Part shown: piece after piece, positions 42,949-52,252 of the stretch
Position numbering within the stretch: position 1 is the stretch's first letter
Layout: each line of letters starts with the position of its first letter
Origin: Candidatus Latescibacterota bacterium
GTDB lineage: Bacteria > Latescibacterota > UBA2968 > GCA-2709665
Length of the DNA: 64,000 nucleotides
Assembly: GCA_965116875.1 (NCBI GenBank)
Contig: OZ220733.1
Span: 1,376,001-1,440,000 of the forward strand
Direction of reading: 5' to 3'
Notes under the pieces: model-generated
The model's input: the letters and a program-made list of their open reading frames with translations, nothing else
Database searches by the model: none
Told to the model about the DNA's origin: nothing
Translations under genes and position numbers: made by a program

Positions 42949-43761
42949 ATGACAAGGATCGGGAGACGGTTCGAAGCGTTGAAGAAAGCGGGAAAGACCG
43001 GATTTGTCGCCTATATTACGGTGGGAGACCCGGATATGGCTACCACCCGGAAACTCGTACCGGAGCTGGAACGGCGCGGGGTGGACATACTCGAGCTGGG
43101 CGTGCCGTTCTCCGATCCGCTGGCTGACGGTCCGGAAATCCAGGCGGCCTCGCAGCGGGCACTGAAGCATCGGGTTTCAATCGGCGACGTATTGGATCTG
43201 GTGGCGGACCTGCGGCTGGAGTCCGAGATACCCATTGTCCTGTTTACCTATTTCAATCCGATGCACCGCTACGGTCTTGAACGGCTCGTCTCCAGAGCGG
43301 CCGAAGCGGGGGTGGACGGCATTCTGGCGCTGGATCTTCCACCGGAAGAGGCGGGAGAGTACAAGGCTCTGATGGAAAAGCGGGGACTGGATACGATCTT
43401 TCTGATCGCGCCCACCAGCCGCGAGGACCGCATTCGACGGATTGCGTCTCACACCAGCGGATTTGTGTATTACGTGTCGCGCACGGGCGTAACCGGGGAG
43501 CGGGACAGTCTGGAGGAGACGCTTGGCGACCGGGTGACGGCAATCCGTCGGCATACCTCGCAACCGGTAGCTGTCGGATTCGGGATTTCGACACCCGAAC
43601 AGTCTGGGGAAGTTGCAGGTTATGCGGATGCCGTCGTCGTCGGCAGCGCCATCGTTCGGCGAATTGCGCAACGGCAGACCGACCCGGACCTCGTTTCGCA
43701 CATCGGGGAATTCGTCGAAGAACTGGTGCAACCGCTGAAGGGAGCATCCGATGGATCTTGA
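42949..43761 (+). CDS. trpA: Tryptophan synthase alpha chain
   Basis: ELGVPFSDPLADGP.IQ, DLPPEE, VSRTGVTG, GFGIS, VVGSA. Confidence 0.97.
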   Translation: MTRIGRRFEALKKAGKTGFVAYITVGDPDMATTRKLVPELERRGVDILELGVPFSDPLADGPEIQAASQRALKHRVSIGDVLDLVADLRLESEIPIVLFTYFNPMHRYGLERLVSRAAEAGVDGILALDLPPEEAGEYKALMEKRGLDTIFLIAPTSREDRIRRIASHTSGFVYYVSRTGVTGERDSLEETLGDRVTAIRRHTSQPVAVGFGISTPEQSGEVAGYADAVVVGSAIVRRIAQRQTDPDLVSHIGEFVEELVQPLKGASDGS

Positions 43762-44014
43762 AGACTGGCGTAAGGAAATCGACGTGCTGGACGCAAAGCT
43801 GCTGAAGCTGCTGAATCGAAGGGCCGAATGCGCCATTGAAATCGGCAGGATCAAACGGACAATCGAACAACCGATCTACGTGCCGGAACGGGAGATTTCG
43901 ATCCTGAAACGATTGCTCGAACAGAATAAAGGGCCCATGGACGACGAGGCGGTGCGACGGATCTTTCGGCAGATCATCGACGAGTCCAGGAGGCAGGAGC
44001 AGGATGAACGGTAA
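43751..44014 (+). CDS. Chorismate mutase (AroQ type II, monofunctional)
   Basis: LEDWRKEIDVLD.KLL.LLNRR....EIG.IK...IY.PERE...F.QII.ESR. Confidence 0.9.
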   Translation: MDLEDWRKEIDVLDAKLLKLLNRRAECAIEIGRIKRTIEQPIYVPEREISILKRLLEQNKGPMDDEAVRRIFRQIIDESRRQEQDER

Positions 44015-44123
44015 ACCGGAGGCGCGAAACACCTCTAGCAGTCCGTCTTGAGACATTACGCGAAAACGGCCTGGCAATTCACCAGGGATTGAAGGTCGCT
44101 ATCTGCCACGGAGTCGAAACCAC

Positions 44124-45152
44124 ATGGCGTTCACGAAACACATGAAGACACCCACGCCTGAAGCTGTGCTGGAGAAGGTGTCGCTGCCGACAGGACTGAA
44201 GAAGATAAAGGAGGAACGCGACACCGAGATCAGGGAAATATTCGAGCGCGTGAGCGATAAATTCCTGCTGGTAATCGGCCCCTGCTCAGCGCACAATGAA
44301 GACGCCGTTTGTGAATACGTCTCCAGGTTGGCGAAGCTGCAGGAGGCCGTCCGGGAACGGCTGGTTCTGGTTCCCCGCATCTATACCAACAAACCGCGAA
44401 CGACCGGCGAGGGGTACAAAGGCATGGGACATCAGCCGGACCCGCGGAAGGCGCCGGATATGGCCGAAGGGATCTACGCGGTGCGTCAGATGCACATCCG
44501 CGCAGTCCGGGAGTCCCACCTGACAGCGGCCGACGAAATGCTGTATCCGGGCAATCTCCCTTATGTCGAAGACCTGCTGAGCTATATAGCCGTGGGCGCG
44601 CGATCCGTGGAAAACCAGCAGCACCGTTTGACCTGCAGCGGCGTTGACGTCCCGGTTGGCATGAAGAACCCGACGGGCGGAGATCTTTCGGTAATGCTGA
44701 ACGCGATTCACGCCTCGCAGATCCCGCACGTCTTCATCTATAACGGTTGGGAGGTCGGCACCGGCGGCAATCCCCTTGCGCACGCCGTGCTCAGGGGCGC
44801 GGTGGACCTGACCGGACGAAGTAATCCGAACTATCACTACGAAGACTTGATGTACGCGGCGGAACTGTATCGACAGCGGTCGCTTGCCAATCCAACAATC
44901 GTCGTGGATACGAATCACAACAACTCCGGCAAGCAGTTCAGCGAACAGCCGCGGATCGGGTTGGAAGTGATACGCAGCCGGCAGAGTTCGGCGTTTTTGA
45001 ACGATATGATCCGCGGGTTGATGGTGGAGAGTTATCTGGTTGAGGGGGCACAAGACGTTAATAACGGCGTGTACGGCAAATCCATTACCGATCCGTGCCT
45101 GGGGTGGAAAGATACCGAGGCGTTCGTAAGGGAACTGGCGGAGGGGATATGA
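44124..45152 (+). CDS. 3-deoxy-7-phosphoheptulonate (DAHP) synthase, class I
   Basis: IGPCS, KPRTTGEGYKG, VGARSVE.Q.HR, VGMKN, LRG, GKSITDPCLGW. Confidence 0.93.
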   Translation: MAFTKHMKTPTPEAVLEKVSLPTGLKKIKEERDTEIREIFERVSDKFLLVIGPCSAHNEDAVCEYVSRLAKLQEAVRERLVLVPRIYTNKPRTTGEGYKGMGHQPDPRKAPDMAEGIYAVRQMHIRAVRESHLTAADEMLYPGNLPYVEDLLSYIAVGARSVENQQHRLTCSGVDVPVGMKNPTGGDLSVMLNAIHASQIPHVFIYNGWEVGTGGNPLAHAVLRGAVDLTGRSNPNYHYEDLMYAAELYRQRSLANPTIVVDTNHNNSGKQFSEQPRIGLEVIRSRQSSAFLNDMIRGLMVESYLVEGAQDVNNGVYGKSITDPCLGWKDTEAFVRELAEGI

Positions 45153-45230
45153 TCGCGAACGGGATCGGAACCGGGAAGCCGATGGCAACCTGCTGCCGGC
45201 GCTTTTGCCTGTTCTTCCGAGGATGACGGC

Positions 45231-46343
45231 ATGGCCAACGATCCTCCTTTTGCGCGCGATACGATTGCCGTTGTCGGGGTGGGGCTGATCGGCGGCTCGC
45301 TTGGTCTGGCGCTCAAGGGTCTGGGCATCGGTCGACGCGTCGTCGGCGTGAGCAGGCAGGAGACCCTGGATGCCGCCATCGGGCTGGAGGTGATCGACGC
45401 GGGTTATCGCTATGAAGACCTCGAAACCGGGATTCGCGATGCAGCGCTGGTTTTCCTGTGTACGCCCATCGTCCGTATTCTGGACATGCTTCCCGCGGTG
45501 CTGGGAGCGGCGCGGCAGGATGCGCTCGTGACCGACGTGGGCAGCACCAAGCACGCGATTGTCTCCACGGCGGCGGCCCATGCACGGGATGACGTGCATT
45601 TTGTCGGTGGGCACCCGATGGCCGGTTCGGAGCATCGGGGGGTGCGCGCGGCGGATCCGTTTCTTTTTCAGAATGCGATTTACGTGTTGACGCCGTCGCC
45701 GGACACGCCCGATTTCGTGGTCGAAACGCTCGCTCGTCTCGTAAAGGCGTTCGGGGCCAGGCCGATGAGGATGACGCCCCGTGAACACGACCGGGCCGCG
45801 GCAGCGGTGAGCCACCTGCCGCAGATGATGGCCACCAGCCTGGTTTCCATGATCGGAAGGATGACGGAAGACGACGGGTTGCCCATACGAATGGCGGCGG
45901 GGGGGTTTCGGGACCTGACTCGCATTGCTTCCAGTCCGTATGAGATGTGGCGGGACATCTGCCACACGAACGCGACCCCGATCCGCGAGATGATCGATCT
46001 TTATATAGAGTCGCTTTCGGCGATTCGCTCGGCCGTGGACCGCGACGGTCTGGAACAGGCATTTGCCTATGCGAATCGAATACGCGGACAGATCCCGAAG
46101 GACTCCAAGGGATTCCTGCATCCATTGCACGAGATCCTTCTCCTGGCGGAAGACAGCCCGGGTGTGATTGCGCACGTCGCCCGGACACTGGCCGGAGAGA
46201 ATATCAACATCAACGACATCGAGGTGATGAATGTGCGCGAGGGGGAAGGGGGCACAATTCGAATGGGGTTCGATTCGCGTCCCTGCGCGGAACTGGCTGT
46301 AGAAGTGCTGGGAAGGGCGGGGTACAGCGTCAGAATGAGGTAG
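45231..46343 (+). CDS. tyrA: Prephenate/arogenate dehydrogenase with C-terminal ACT domain
   Basis: GVGLIGGS, TDVGSTK, GGHPMAGSE, HD...A.VSHLP, GGFRDLTRIA; ACT DSPGVIA....NINDIE. Confidence 0.92.
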   Translation: MANDPPFARDTIAVVGVGLIGGSLGLALKGLGIGRRVVGVSRQETLDAAIGLEVIDAGYRYEDLETGIRDAALVFLCTPIVRILDMLPAVLGAARQDALVTDVGSTKHAIVSTAAAHARDDVHFVGGHPMAGSEHRGVRAADPFLFQNAIYVLTPSPDTPDFVVETLARLVKAFGARPMRMTPREHDRAAAAVSHLPQMMATSLVSMIGRMTEDDGLPIRMAAGGFRDLTRIASSPYEMWRDICHTNATPIREMIDLYIESLSAIRSAVDRDGLEQAFAYANRIRGQIPKDSKGFLHPLHEILLLAEDSPGVIAHVARTLAGENININDIEVMNVREGEGGTIRMGFDSRPCAELAVEVLGRAGYSVRMR

Positions 46344-46347
46344 GAAG

Positions 46348-47688
46348 TTGTCCGTGCATCGGGGACTCCATTTTGAAGAAGGCGTGGATTTGGAACTCGC
46401 GGGTCCGATCATTTCCGAAGACACCATCAAGCCGTCGCCGGGGCTTGCCGGAGTCTGCGACCTCCCCGGCGATGCTCAAATCTCGATAATTGCCCTCGCC
46501 CTCGCGTCCACTGCCGACGGAGTTTCCAAAATTCGCAGGTGTTCGCGAAGCCGCGACGTTAGGCGCGCCGGTGAATTGCTGTCGAAAATCGGGATTGGGG
46601 TCGCGTGGGACGGTGAGACCGCAACGGTAACCGGCGGCCCGTTCCGGGAAACGTGCGACGTGCTCGACGTGGACGGTTCCCTTATTCTGTTTTCCTGTCT
46701 GACCGGATTGTTGTCGAGCGCCTCCTACGTAACGAGACTCTCCGGAGTTCACACCAACACCGGCGTCGACCGGGTGTCCGAGGCGCTTCGATCGCTGGGC
46801 GCCCACGTGAAACTTTCGGTCGGAGACGGGATATCGGCCTGTGTTGGAAGGTCAAGGTTGACGTCCGGTACCTTCCATGCGGGACGTCCCGACCCGGCGG
46901 TGAAATGCGGCGTCCTGTTGGCCGGGCTGGGTGTGGACGGGCCGGTCGAACTCCTGCAGGACGCCGTCGGGGATGACGACCTGGAAGTGTTGCTTCGGGC
47001 CGCGGGATGCGAACTGAAGAAGAGGCGGATCACGGGCGCCGGAGGTTGTCAGCTGTTGCTGGACGGACCCGTTCGGCCCCGCGCCGTTACCCATGAACTG
47101 CCGGGCAGTTCCGACGCCGGGCTGTTTCTTGCCCTGGCTGCGGCGATGCGGAAACAGTCCGATCTGACGCTGAGCCATTTCGGAATGGACTTGAAAAGCC
47201 GCCGGATCGTGGACATACTGCGCAGGATGAACGTGGCCATGGACGTGGAGCACACCCGGACGGATTCCGGTTTCCCTGCCCGGAACGTCCGGATCAGGGG
47301 GTCCGACCTGCGCGGAATAAGGATTGCAGGCGCGAACGCGCGGCTTTTGGGGGACCTGCTCCCGCTCATGGCGGTCGCGGGCGCCGTTTCCCGGGGCGAG
47401 ACCATAATACGGGATGCCGAGGCATTGAGGAAGGGTCCGGTTGACTGTATTTCGGTCCTGGTGGAAAACCTGAGGAAGATGCACATTCAGATGGGAGAGA
47501 TGCCGGACGGGCTGATTGTGAAGGGGGGAAGACCTCAAGGCGCCGAACTGGATGCCGCCGGCGACGCCCGCGTGTCCATGGCGCTCCGGCTTGCAGCGCT
47601 TGCCGGCGAGGGGGACACAGTCGTCAGGAACCCGGGGCCCGCGGATCAGGGGTTGATGGACCGGCTGGCGTCGGTACAAAAAGCTTAG
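46348..47688 (+). CDS. EPSP synthase (AroA)-fold protein with degenerate active-site motifs
   Basis: Length and motif order follow AroA (LPGDxxIS, VKCGVLLAGL, GETIIRDA.AL, MPDGLIV.GG, GDxRVSMA); sits between tyrA and aroE. Confidence 0.75.
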   Translation: MSVHRGLHFEEGVDLELAGPIISEDTIKPSPGLAGVCDLPGDAQISIIALALASTADGVSKIRRCSRSRDVRRAGELLSKIGIGVAWDGETATVTGGPFRETCDVLDVDGSLILFSCLTGLLSSASYVTRLSGVHTNTGVDRVSEALRSLGAHVKLSVGDGISACVGRSRLTSGTFHAGRPDPAVKCGVLLAGLGVDGPVELLQDAVGDDDLEVLLRAAGCELKKRRITGAGGCQLLLDGPVRPRAVTHELPGSSDAGLFLALAAAMRKQSDLTLSHFGMDLKSRRIVDILRRMNVAMDVEHTRTDSGFPARNVRIRGSDLRGIRIAGANARLLGDLLPLMAVAGAVSRGETIIRDAEALRKGPVDCISVLVENLRKMHIQMGEMPDGLIVKGGRPQGAELDAAGDARVSMALRLAALAGEGDTVVRNPGPADQGLMDRLASVQKA

Positions 47689-47792
47689 AATCTGTCTTGG
47701 AACGTGGGTATCATTCGGGTGCCCGCCATGTGCTGCGGCGGCAGCGGTCGCTGCAGGCAGCGTGGGTCAATCTTCGGTACGAGGAGAGCCTT

Positions 47793-47933
47793 ATGAGACT
47801 GGTTGTCAGGTTATTCCTTCTGGCGTTGCTGGTGTTCCTGGGAGGCGTGGTCTTCATTCGGTACACCTACAACTGTTCCTGGAAAGAGAGTTTCGCCATT
47901 GCCGACCAGTTTGTGTCGGACCTGACCCGTTAA
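47793..47933 (+). CDS. Small single-TM hypothetical protein (46 aa)
   Basis: GAGGAG RBS; MRLVVRLFLLALLVFLGGVVFIRYTY... Confidence 0.6.
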   Translation: MRLVVRLFLLALLVFLGGVVFIRYTYNCSWKESFAIADQFVSDLTR

Positions 47934-47980
47934 CAGTCCGTTCATAAACGCGAGGCAGGACGGACTTTTCCAACGGGCTG
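47934..47980 (-). repeat. Minimal 47-bp remnant of MITE family A (IR ends only)
   Basis: cagtccgttcataaa...ggacttttccaacgggctg; starts immediately after a TAA stop. Confidence 0.65.
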
Positions 47981-48071
47981 TCAGGCAACGCGATGCCGGC
48001 TGCGGTTTGGTGGAACTCCAGCTGGAGGGACGCGATCGGCGGATCAGAACACATGGCCGGGAGAGTCTGTT

Positions 48072-48938
48072 TTGGGAATTGTCTCGACCACGCGATTGCT
48101 GGGGGTGATCGGCGATCCCATCGCCCACTCGTTATCGCCGGACATGCACAACGCGGCCATAGGCGCGCTTGAAGTCAATTACTGTTACGTCGCCTTTCAC
48201 GTATTGCCGGACGGGATTGAATCGGCGCTTGACGGTATGCGCGCATTGCAGATCACGGGATTGAACGTTACCCTTCCCCACAAATCCGCGGTGATGCCGC
48301 ACCTGGACCGGATTTCGGAAGAAGCAATGGCCGTGGGCGCGGCGAACACGATTTCTCTCAGGGACGGCGAACTGGTCGGTGAGAATACCGACGTGTACGG
48401 ATTGGTCACGGCCCTGGAGCGCACCGCGGGTCTCGCCGTGCTGCCAGAGCATTGCGTGATCCTCGGAGCGGGCGGCGTTGCGCGGGCGGCGGTTTACGCG
48501 CTGGCGTCGCGAAAAGAGGTGAGGCGGGTGAGCATTCTCAACCGAACCGTCGCCCGGGCTGAGGCTCTCGCGCGCGATATGCAACGCATAACGGGTAAGG
48601 CGATCGACGCGGGTGATCTGACGAAGGACACGCAAATGAGGCGGTTCGCGGACGCGGGCCTCGTTGTGAACGGAACGTCGCTGGGGATGGTTCCTGAAGT
48701 GGACCGGACGCCCCTGGCGGATGGGGACGCGGTACACCCGCAGCTGGTACTCTACGATACGGTTTTCAATCCGCTGGATACGCTCCTGATGCGTCAGTTC
48801 CGATCCGCCGGAGCGCGGGCGTTCGGCGGGCTGGATATGCTTGTGCACCAGGGTGCGCGATCGTTTGCCATCTGGACCGGCATCGAGCCGCCCGTCGACG
48901 TAATGAAGAGGGCGATTATCGGCCGGTTTCGGACGTAA
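48072..48938 (+). CDS. aroE: Shikimate dehydrogenase
   Basis: GDPIAHSLSP.MHN, GLNVTLPHK, GAANT, NTD, GAGG, NRT, GLDMLVHQG. Confidence 0.94.
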   Translation: MGIVSTTRLLGVIGDPIAHSLSPDMHNAAIGALEVNYCYVAFHVLPDGIESALDGMRALQITGLNVTLPHKSAVMPHLDRISEEAMAVGAANTISLRDGELVGENTDVYGLVTALERTAGLAVLPEHCVILGAGGVARAAVYALASRKEVRRVSILNRTVARAEALARDMQRITGKAIDAGDLTKDTQMRRFADAGLVVNGTSLGMVPEVDRTPLADGDAVHPQLVLYDTVFNPLDTLLMRQFRSAGARAFGGLDMLVHQGARSFAIWTGIEPPVDVMKRAIIGRFRT

Positions 48939-48940
48939 CC

Positions 48941-49660
48941 GTGGCGACTTCCAACCATCAGGAACGCAATGGCCGGCGGACCTTCGTGCGTCAGATGTTC
49001 GACGGTATTGCCGGCACGTACGATCTGCTGAACCACCTGTTGAGCGCCGGCGTGGATATTCTCTGGCGGCGCTGGACAGTCGACGCGCTGGATCTGAAAG
49101 CGGGCTGGTGGGTCCTGGATCTGGCAACCGGAACGGCCGATCTGGGTCTCGAGGCGGCTGCGCGCGACCCGGGGGTCCGGGTTGTGGGCGCCGATCTTTC
49201 CCTGCCTATGCTTCGGATCGGGAACAGAAAGCGAAAGAAAAAACCCGGCCGGCTGTACCTGCTTCGGGGAGACGCACAACGGCTGCCGTTTCCGGATGCA
49301 CGGTTTCACGCGGTAACGATTGGCTTCGGAGTCCGGAACTTTTCGGACCTGAACGCCGGCCTTCTCGAGATACTCCGTGTCCTGCGCCCGGGGGGCCGGC
49401 TGGCGATTCTGGAGTTTTCCCGCCCCAGGGCGTTTCTGTTGAGCAGGGTGTATCTCTTCTATTTCAGATTCATCCTTCCCGGAATCGGTCGCCTTGTTTC
49501 CCGGAATCCTCTGGCGTATCGGTATCTCTATGAGTCCGTAATGCGGTTTCCGGAGGGTGAGGCGTTTCGAATGCGTCTGGCAGATTCGGGATTTCTGGAG
49601 CCGGTGGAACGCAGGCTGACCCTGGGTATCGCCACGCTCTACCTGGCGTCAAAACCGTAG
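48941..49660 (+). CDS. ubiE: UbiE/MenG-family quinone C-methyltransferase
   Basis: MFDGIAGTYDLLN..LSAG, LDLATGTAD, FGVRN, RVLRPGG..ILEFS, YRYL.ES. Confidence 0.9.
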   Translation: MATSNHQERNGRRTFVRQMFDGIAGTYDLLNHLLSAGVDILWRRWTVDALDLKAGWWVLDLATGTADLGLEAAARDPGVRVVGADLSLPMLRIGNRKRKKKPGRLYLLRGDAQRLPFPDARFHAVTIGFGVRNFSDLNAGLLEILRVLRPGGRLAILEFSRPRAFLLSRVYLFYFRFILPGIGRLVSRNPLAYRYLYESVMRFPEGEAFRMRLADSGFLEPVERRLTLGIATLYLASKP

Positions 49661-49680
49661 AAGCGGGGAGACGGACCTAC

Positions 49681-49928
49681 CCCCTTACCCCCTTCCTGAA
49701 GGAAGGGGGAACGGTGACCGGTGGATGAACCGGGTTTGTGACGTGCCGGGATGGCGTTTTCCTTTCCATCAGAGTGTCTATCAAAGACCGGCACGCGACG
49801 TGTGCCTTTCCTCCCTCTCTCCCGGTGGGAGAGAGGGCCGGGGAGAGAGGTCTGCGGGGTGGTGAGGGGTTGCTTTTGCCTTTCGCCTTTGGCTGACGGC
49901 TGATCGCTGAGAGCTGAAAACTGAAAGC
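49681..49928. repeat. Intergenic cluster of REP-like hairpins and a degenerate 7-mer tandem repeat
   Basis: cccccttcc-tgaa-ggaaggggg; ccctctctccc-ggt-gggagagaggg; ggctgac ggctgat cgctgag agctgaa aactgaa. Confidence 0.6.
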
Positions 49929-49965
49929 CTTTTTGAGGGGCTCTGGGGTGGAGAGGTCCTGCCAT

Positions 49966-51669
49966 ATGGCCAATCCTTTTATTGAAGAAATCGTATCGCG
50001 TGTATCAGCGGCAACCCGCATGCCCCCGGATGAGGTGAGAACCCTGGTCGAGGTTCCTCCAAAACCCGAGATGGGGGATTTCGCGCTTCCGTGCTTCAGA
50101 TTTGCAAGAACACTGCGTAAAGCGCCGAATCAGATCGCCAGGGACCTTGGGGAAAGGATACAACCCGCCGGACGAATCGCCCGGGTGCATGCGGCGGGGC
50201 CGTATCTCAATTTCTACGTGAGCCAGACCGAATTCGTAAAGGAGACGCTTTCGGAAATCCTCGCCAGGGGCGGGGAATTCGGCCGGAGCGACGTGGGCGC
50301 AGGAAAGACGGTCGTGATCGATTTCTCCTCGCCGGATGTCTCCAAGCCGTTCACGATCGCGCACATCCGATCGACTGCAATCGGGAACTCGCTCTGCAGG
50401 CTGTACAGGGCGACGGGGTGGAACGTGATCGGCATCAACCACCTTGGGGACTGGGGCGCCAAGCACGGAATGAGCATCGCCGCGTACAAGCGCTGGGGAA
50501 ACGACGACGCAATCCGTGAAAATCCGCCCTACGAGCTCTTCAATCTTTACGTAAAATACAATGCGGAGATGGAAAAGGACCCGTCCCTCGGAAACGACGT
50601 GAAATACTGGACGAAGAAACTGGAGGCGGGCGACTCCGAAGCGCTTCGGCTATGGAGCTGGTTCAGAGACGAGACGGTCAGGGACTTCAAACGGATTTAC
50701 GGACTGCTGGACGTCGGGTTCGCGGAATATACAGGTGAGAGTTTCTTCCACGACAAGGTCGGGCCCGTCATCGACGAACTGAAGGCCGGGGGAATTGCCG
50801 TGGAAAGCGAGGGCGCCCTCGTGGTGATGCTCGACGATGAGGACATGCCGCCTGCCATCATCCAGACCGGGCATGATACCAGCGTTTATCTCACACGGGA
50901 CCTGGCGGCGGCAATCTACCGGAAGCAGACCTACGATTTCGACAAATTGATCTATACGACGGACGCCGGGCAGTCCCTGCACTTCCGGCAACTCTTCAAG
51001 GTATTGGAACGGATGGGCCATGAATGGGCGAAGGACTGTGTCCACGTCCCGTTCGGAATTATTTCCTTCAAAGAGGGAAGGATGTCGACCCGCAGGGGAA
51101 ACGTGATCTTCCTGGAGGACGTGTTGAACCGCGCAATTGAGCTGACGCGGGAAATTGTAGAAAGCAAGAATCCGGATCTTCCGGAAAAGGATGCGATCGC
51201 CCGGGACGTGGGCATCGGCGCGGTCGTCTATGCGGACCTGGATTCCCGCCGGACGCGGGACGTCGTGTTCGACTGGGATGAGATCCTGAACTTCAACGGC
51301 GAGACCGGCCCGTACGTTCAATACACCCATGCCCGATATTGCAGTGTGTTGCGCAGGTTCGGGGGCGCGGTGCCGCCCCCCGGCGCGGACCTTTCTCTTT
51401 TAACCGAACCCGAGACCGTGGCGGTGGTCAAGTGCATGGAGCGGTTTCCCGAGCGAATCCGGAACGCGGCCGAAACCTGTGAGCCCTCACTGATTGCCGG
51501 GTTCCTGATCGAACTCTGCGCCGAGGCGAACCGGTTCTACAACGCCCACAGGGTCATTTCGGACGACGTTCCCCTGACCCGGGCGCGCATCGCGCTCGTC
51601 TATTCGATTACCGCGGTGCTGGCAGCCGGACTCCATCTGCTGGGCATGAAGGCGCCGGAGGAAATGTGA
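49966..51669 (+). CDS. argS: Arginine--tRNA ligase
   Basis: DFSSPDVSKPFTIAHIRSTAIG, NHLGDWG, YLTRDLA, MSTRRG, GETGPYVQYTHAR. Confidence 0.96.
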   Translation: MANPFIEEIVSRVSAATRMPPDEVRTLVEVPPKPEMGDFALPCFRFARTLRKAPNQIARDLGERIQPAGRIARVHAAGPYLNFYVSQTEFVKETLSEILARGGEFGRSDVGAGKTVVIDFSSPDVSKPFTIAHIRSTAIGNSLCRLYRATGWNVIGINHLGDWGAKHGMSIAAYKRWGNDDAIRENPPYELFNLYVKYNAEMEKDPSLGNDVKYWTKKLEAGDSEALRLWSWFRDETVRDFKRIYGLLDVGFAEYTGESFFHDKVGPVIDELKAGGIAVESEGALVVMLDDEDMPPAIIQTGHDTSVYLTRDLAAAIYRKQTYDFDKLIYTTDAGQSLHFRQLFKVLERMGHEWAKDCVHVPFGIISFKEGRMSTRRGNVIFLEDVLNRAIELTREIVESKNPDLPEKDAIARDVGIGAVVYADLDSRRTRDVVFDWDEILNFNGETGPYVQYTHARYCSVLRRFGGAVPPPGADLSLLTEPETVAVVKCMERFPERIRNAAETCEPSLIAGFLIELCAEANRFYNAHRVISDDVPLTRARIALVYSITAVLAAGLHLLGMKAPEEM

Positions 51670-52229
51670 GCCAGACCGCCCACCTCTCTGCGCTGAGGGG
51701 CAGACAGATTTTCCTCACCGGTTTCATGGCAACCGGCAAGAGCAAGATCGGCCCCATTCTGGCGCGGCGCCTGTACCGGATGTTTGTGGATACGGACGAG
51801 TTGATCGTGGAGTCGGCCGGGAAATCGATCCCCCGGATCTTCGCGGAAGACGGGGAGGCGGCATTCCGCCGAATCGAGCGCGGCAGTGTCAGGAAGGCGG
51901 CCGGAATGCGCGATGCCGTGATCGCATTGGGTGGCGGCGCCGTGACGCAGAAGGGCAACTGGGACACGATTCGCGCATCCGGCGTGTGCCTTTGTTTGAA
52001 AGCATCGCCGGAGACCATCTTCGCGCGCCTGTGCAGGACCGAGAGCGAACGGCCGCTGATGGCCGGACTGAATGACGAAGAACGGATGGAGAAGATCCGG
52101 TCGATGCTCGCCGCCCGTGCTCCGTTTTACGACCGGGCGGACGCATTCGTGGAGTCGACGGAGTATCGCACGCCGGAGGATACGGTCCAACTGGCCCTAA
52201 CGGCATTGAGAGGCATTGAAGAGCGATAG
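51666..52229 (+). CDS. aroK: Shikimate kinase
   Basis: GFMATGKS, DTD, IF..DGEAAFR..E, ALGGG, RPL, R.PFY. Confidence 0.94.
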   Translation: MSQTAHLSALRGRQIFLTGFMATGKSKIGPILARRLYRMFVDTDELIVESAGKSIPRIFAEDGEAAFRRIERGSVRKAAGMRDAVIALGGGAVTQKGNWDTIRASGVCLCLKASPETIFARLCRTESERPLMAGLNDEERMEKIRSMLAARAPFYDRADAFVESTEYRTPEDTVQLALTALRGIEER

Positions 52230-52252
52230 GGCAACGGAAGACGCCACTGCTT

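Noticed and set aside
44286-46430. 714-aa minus-strand ORF
   Set aside because: Shadow of DAHP synthase and tyrA, which have clear motifs on +.
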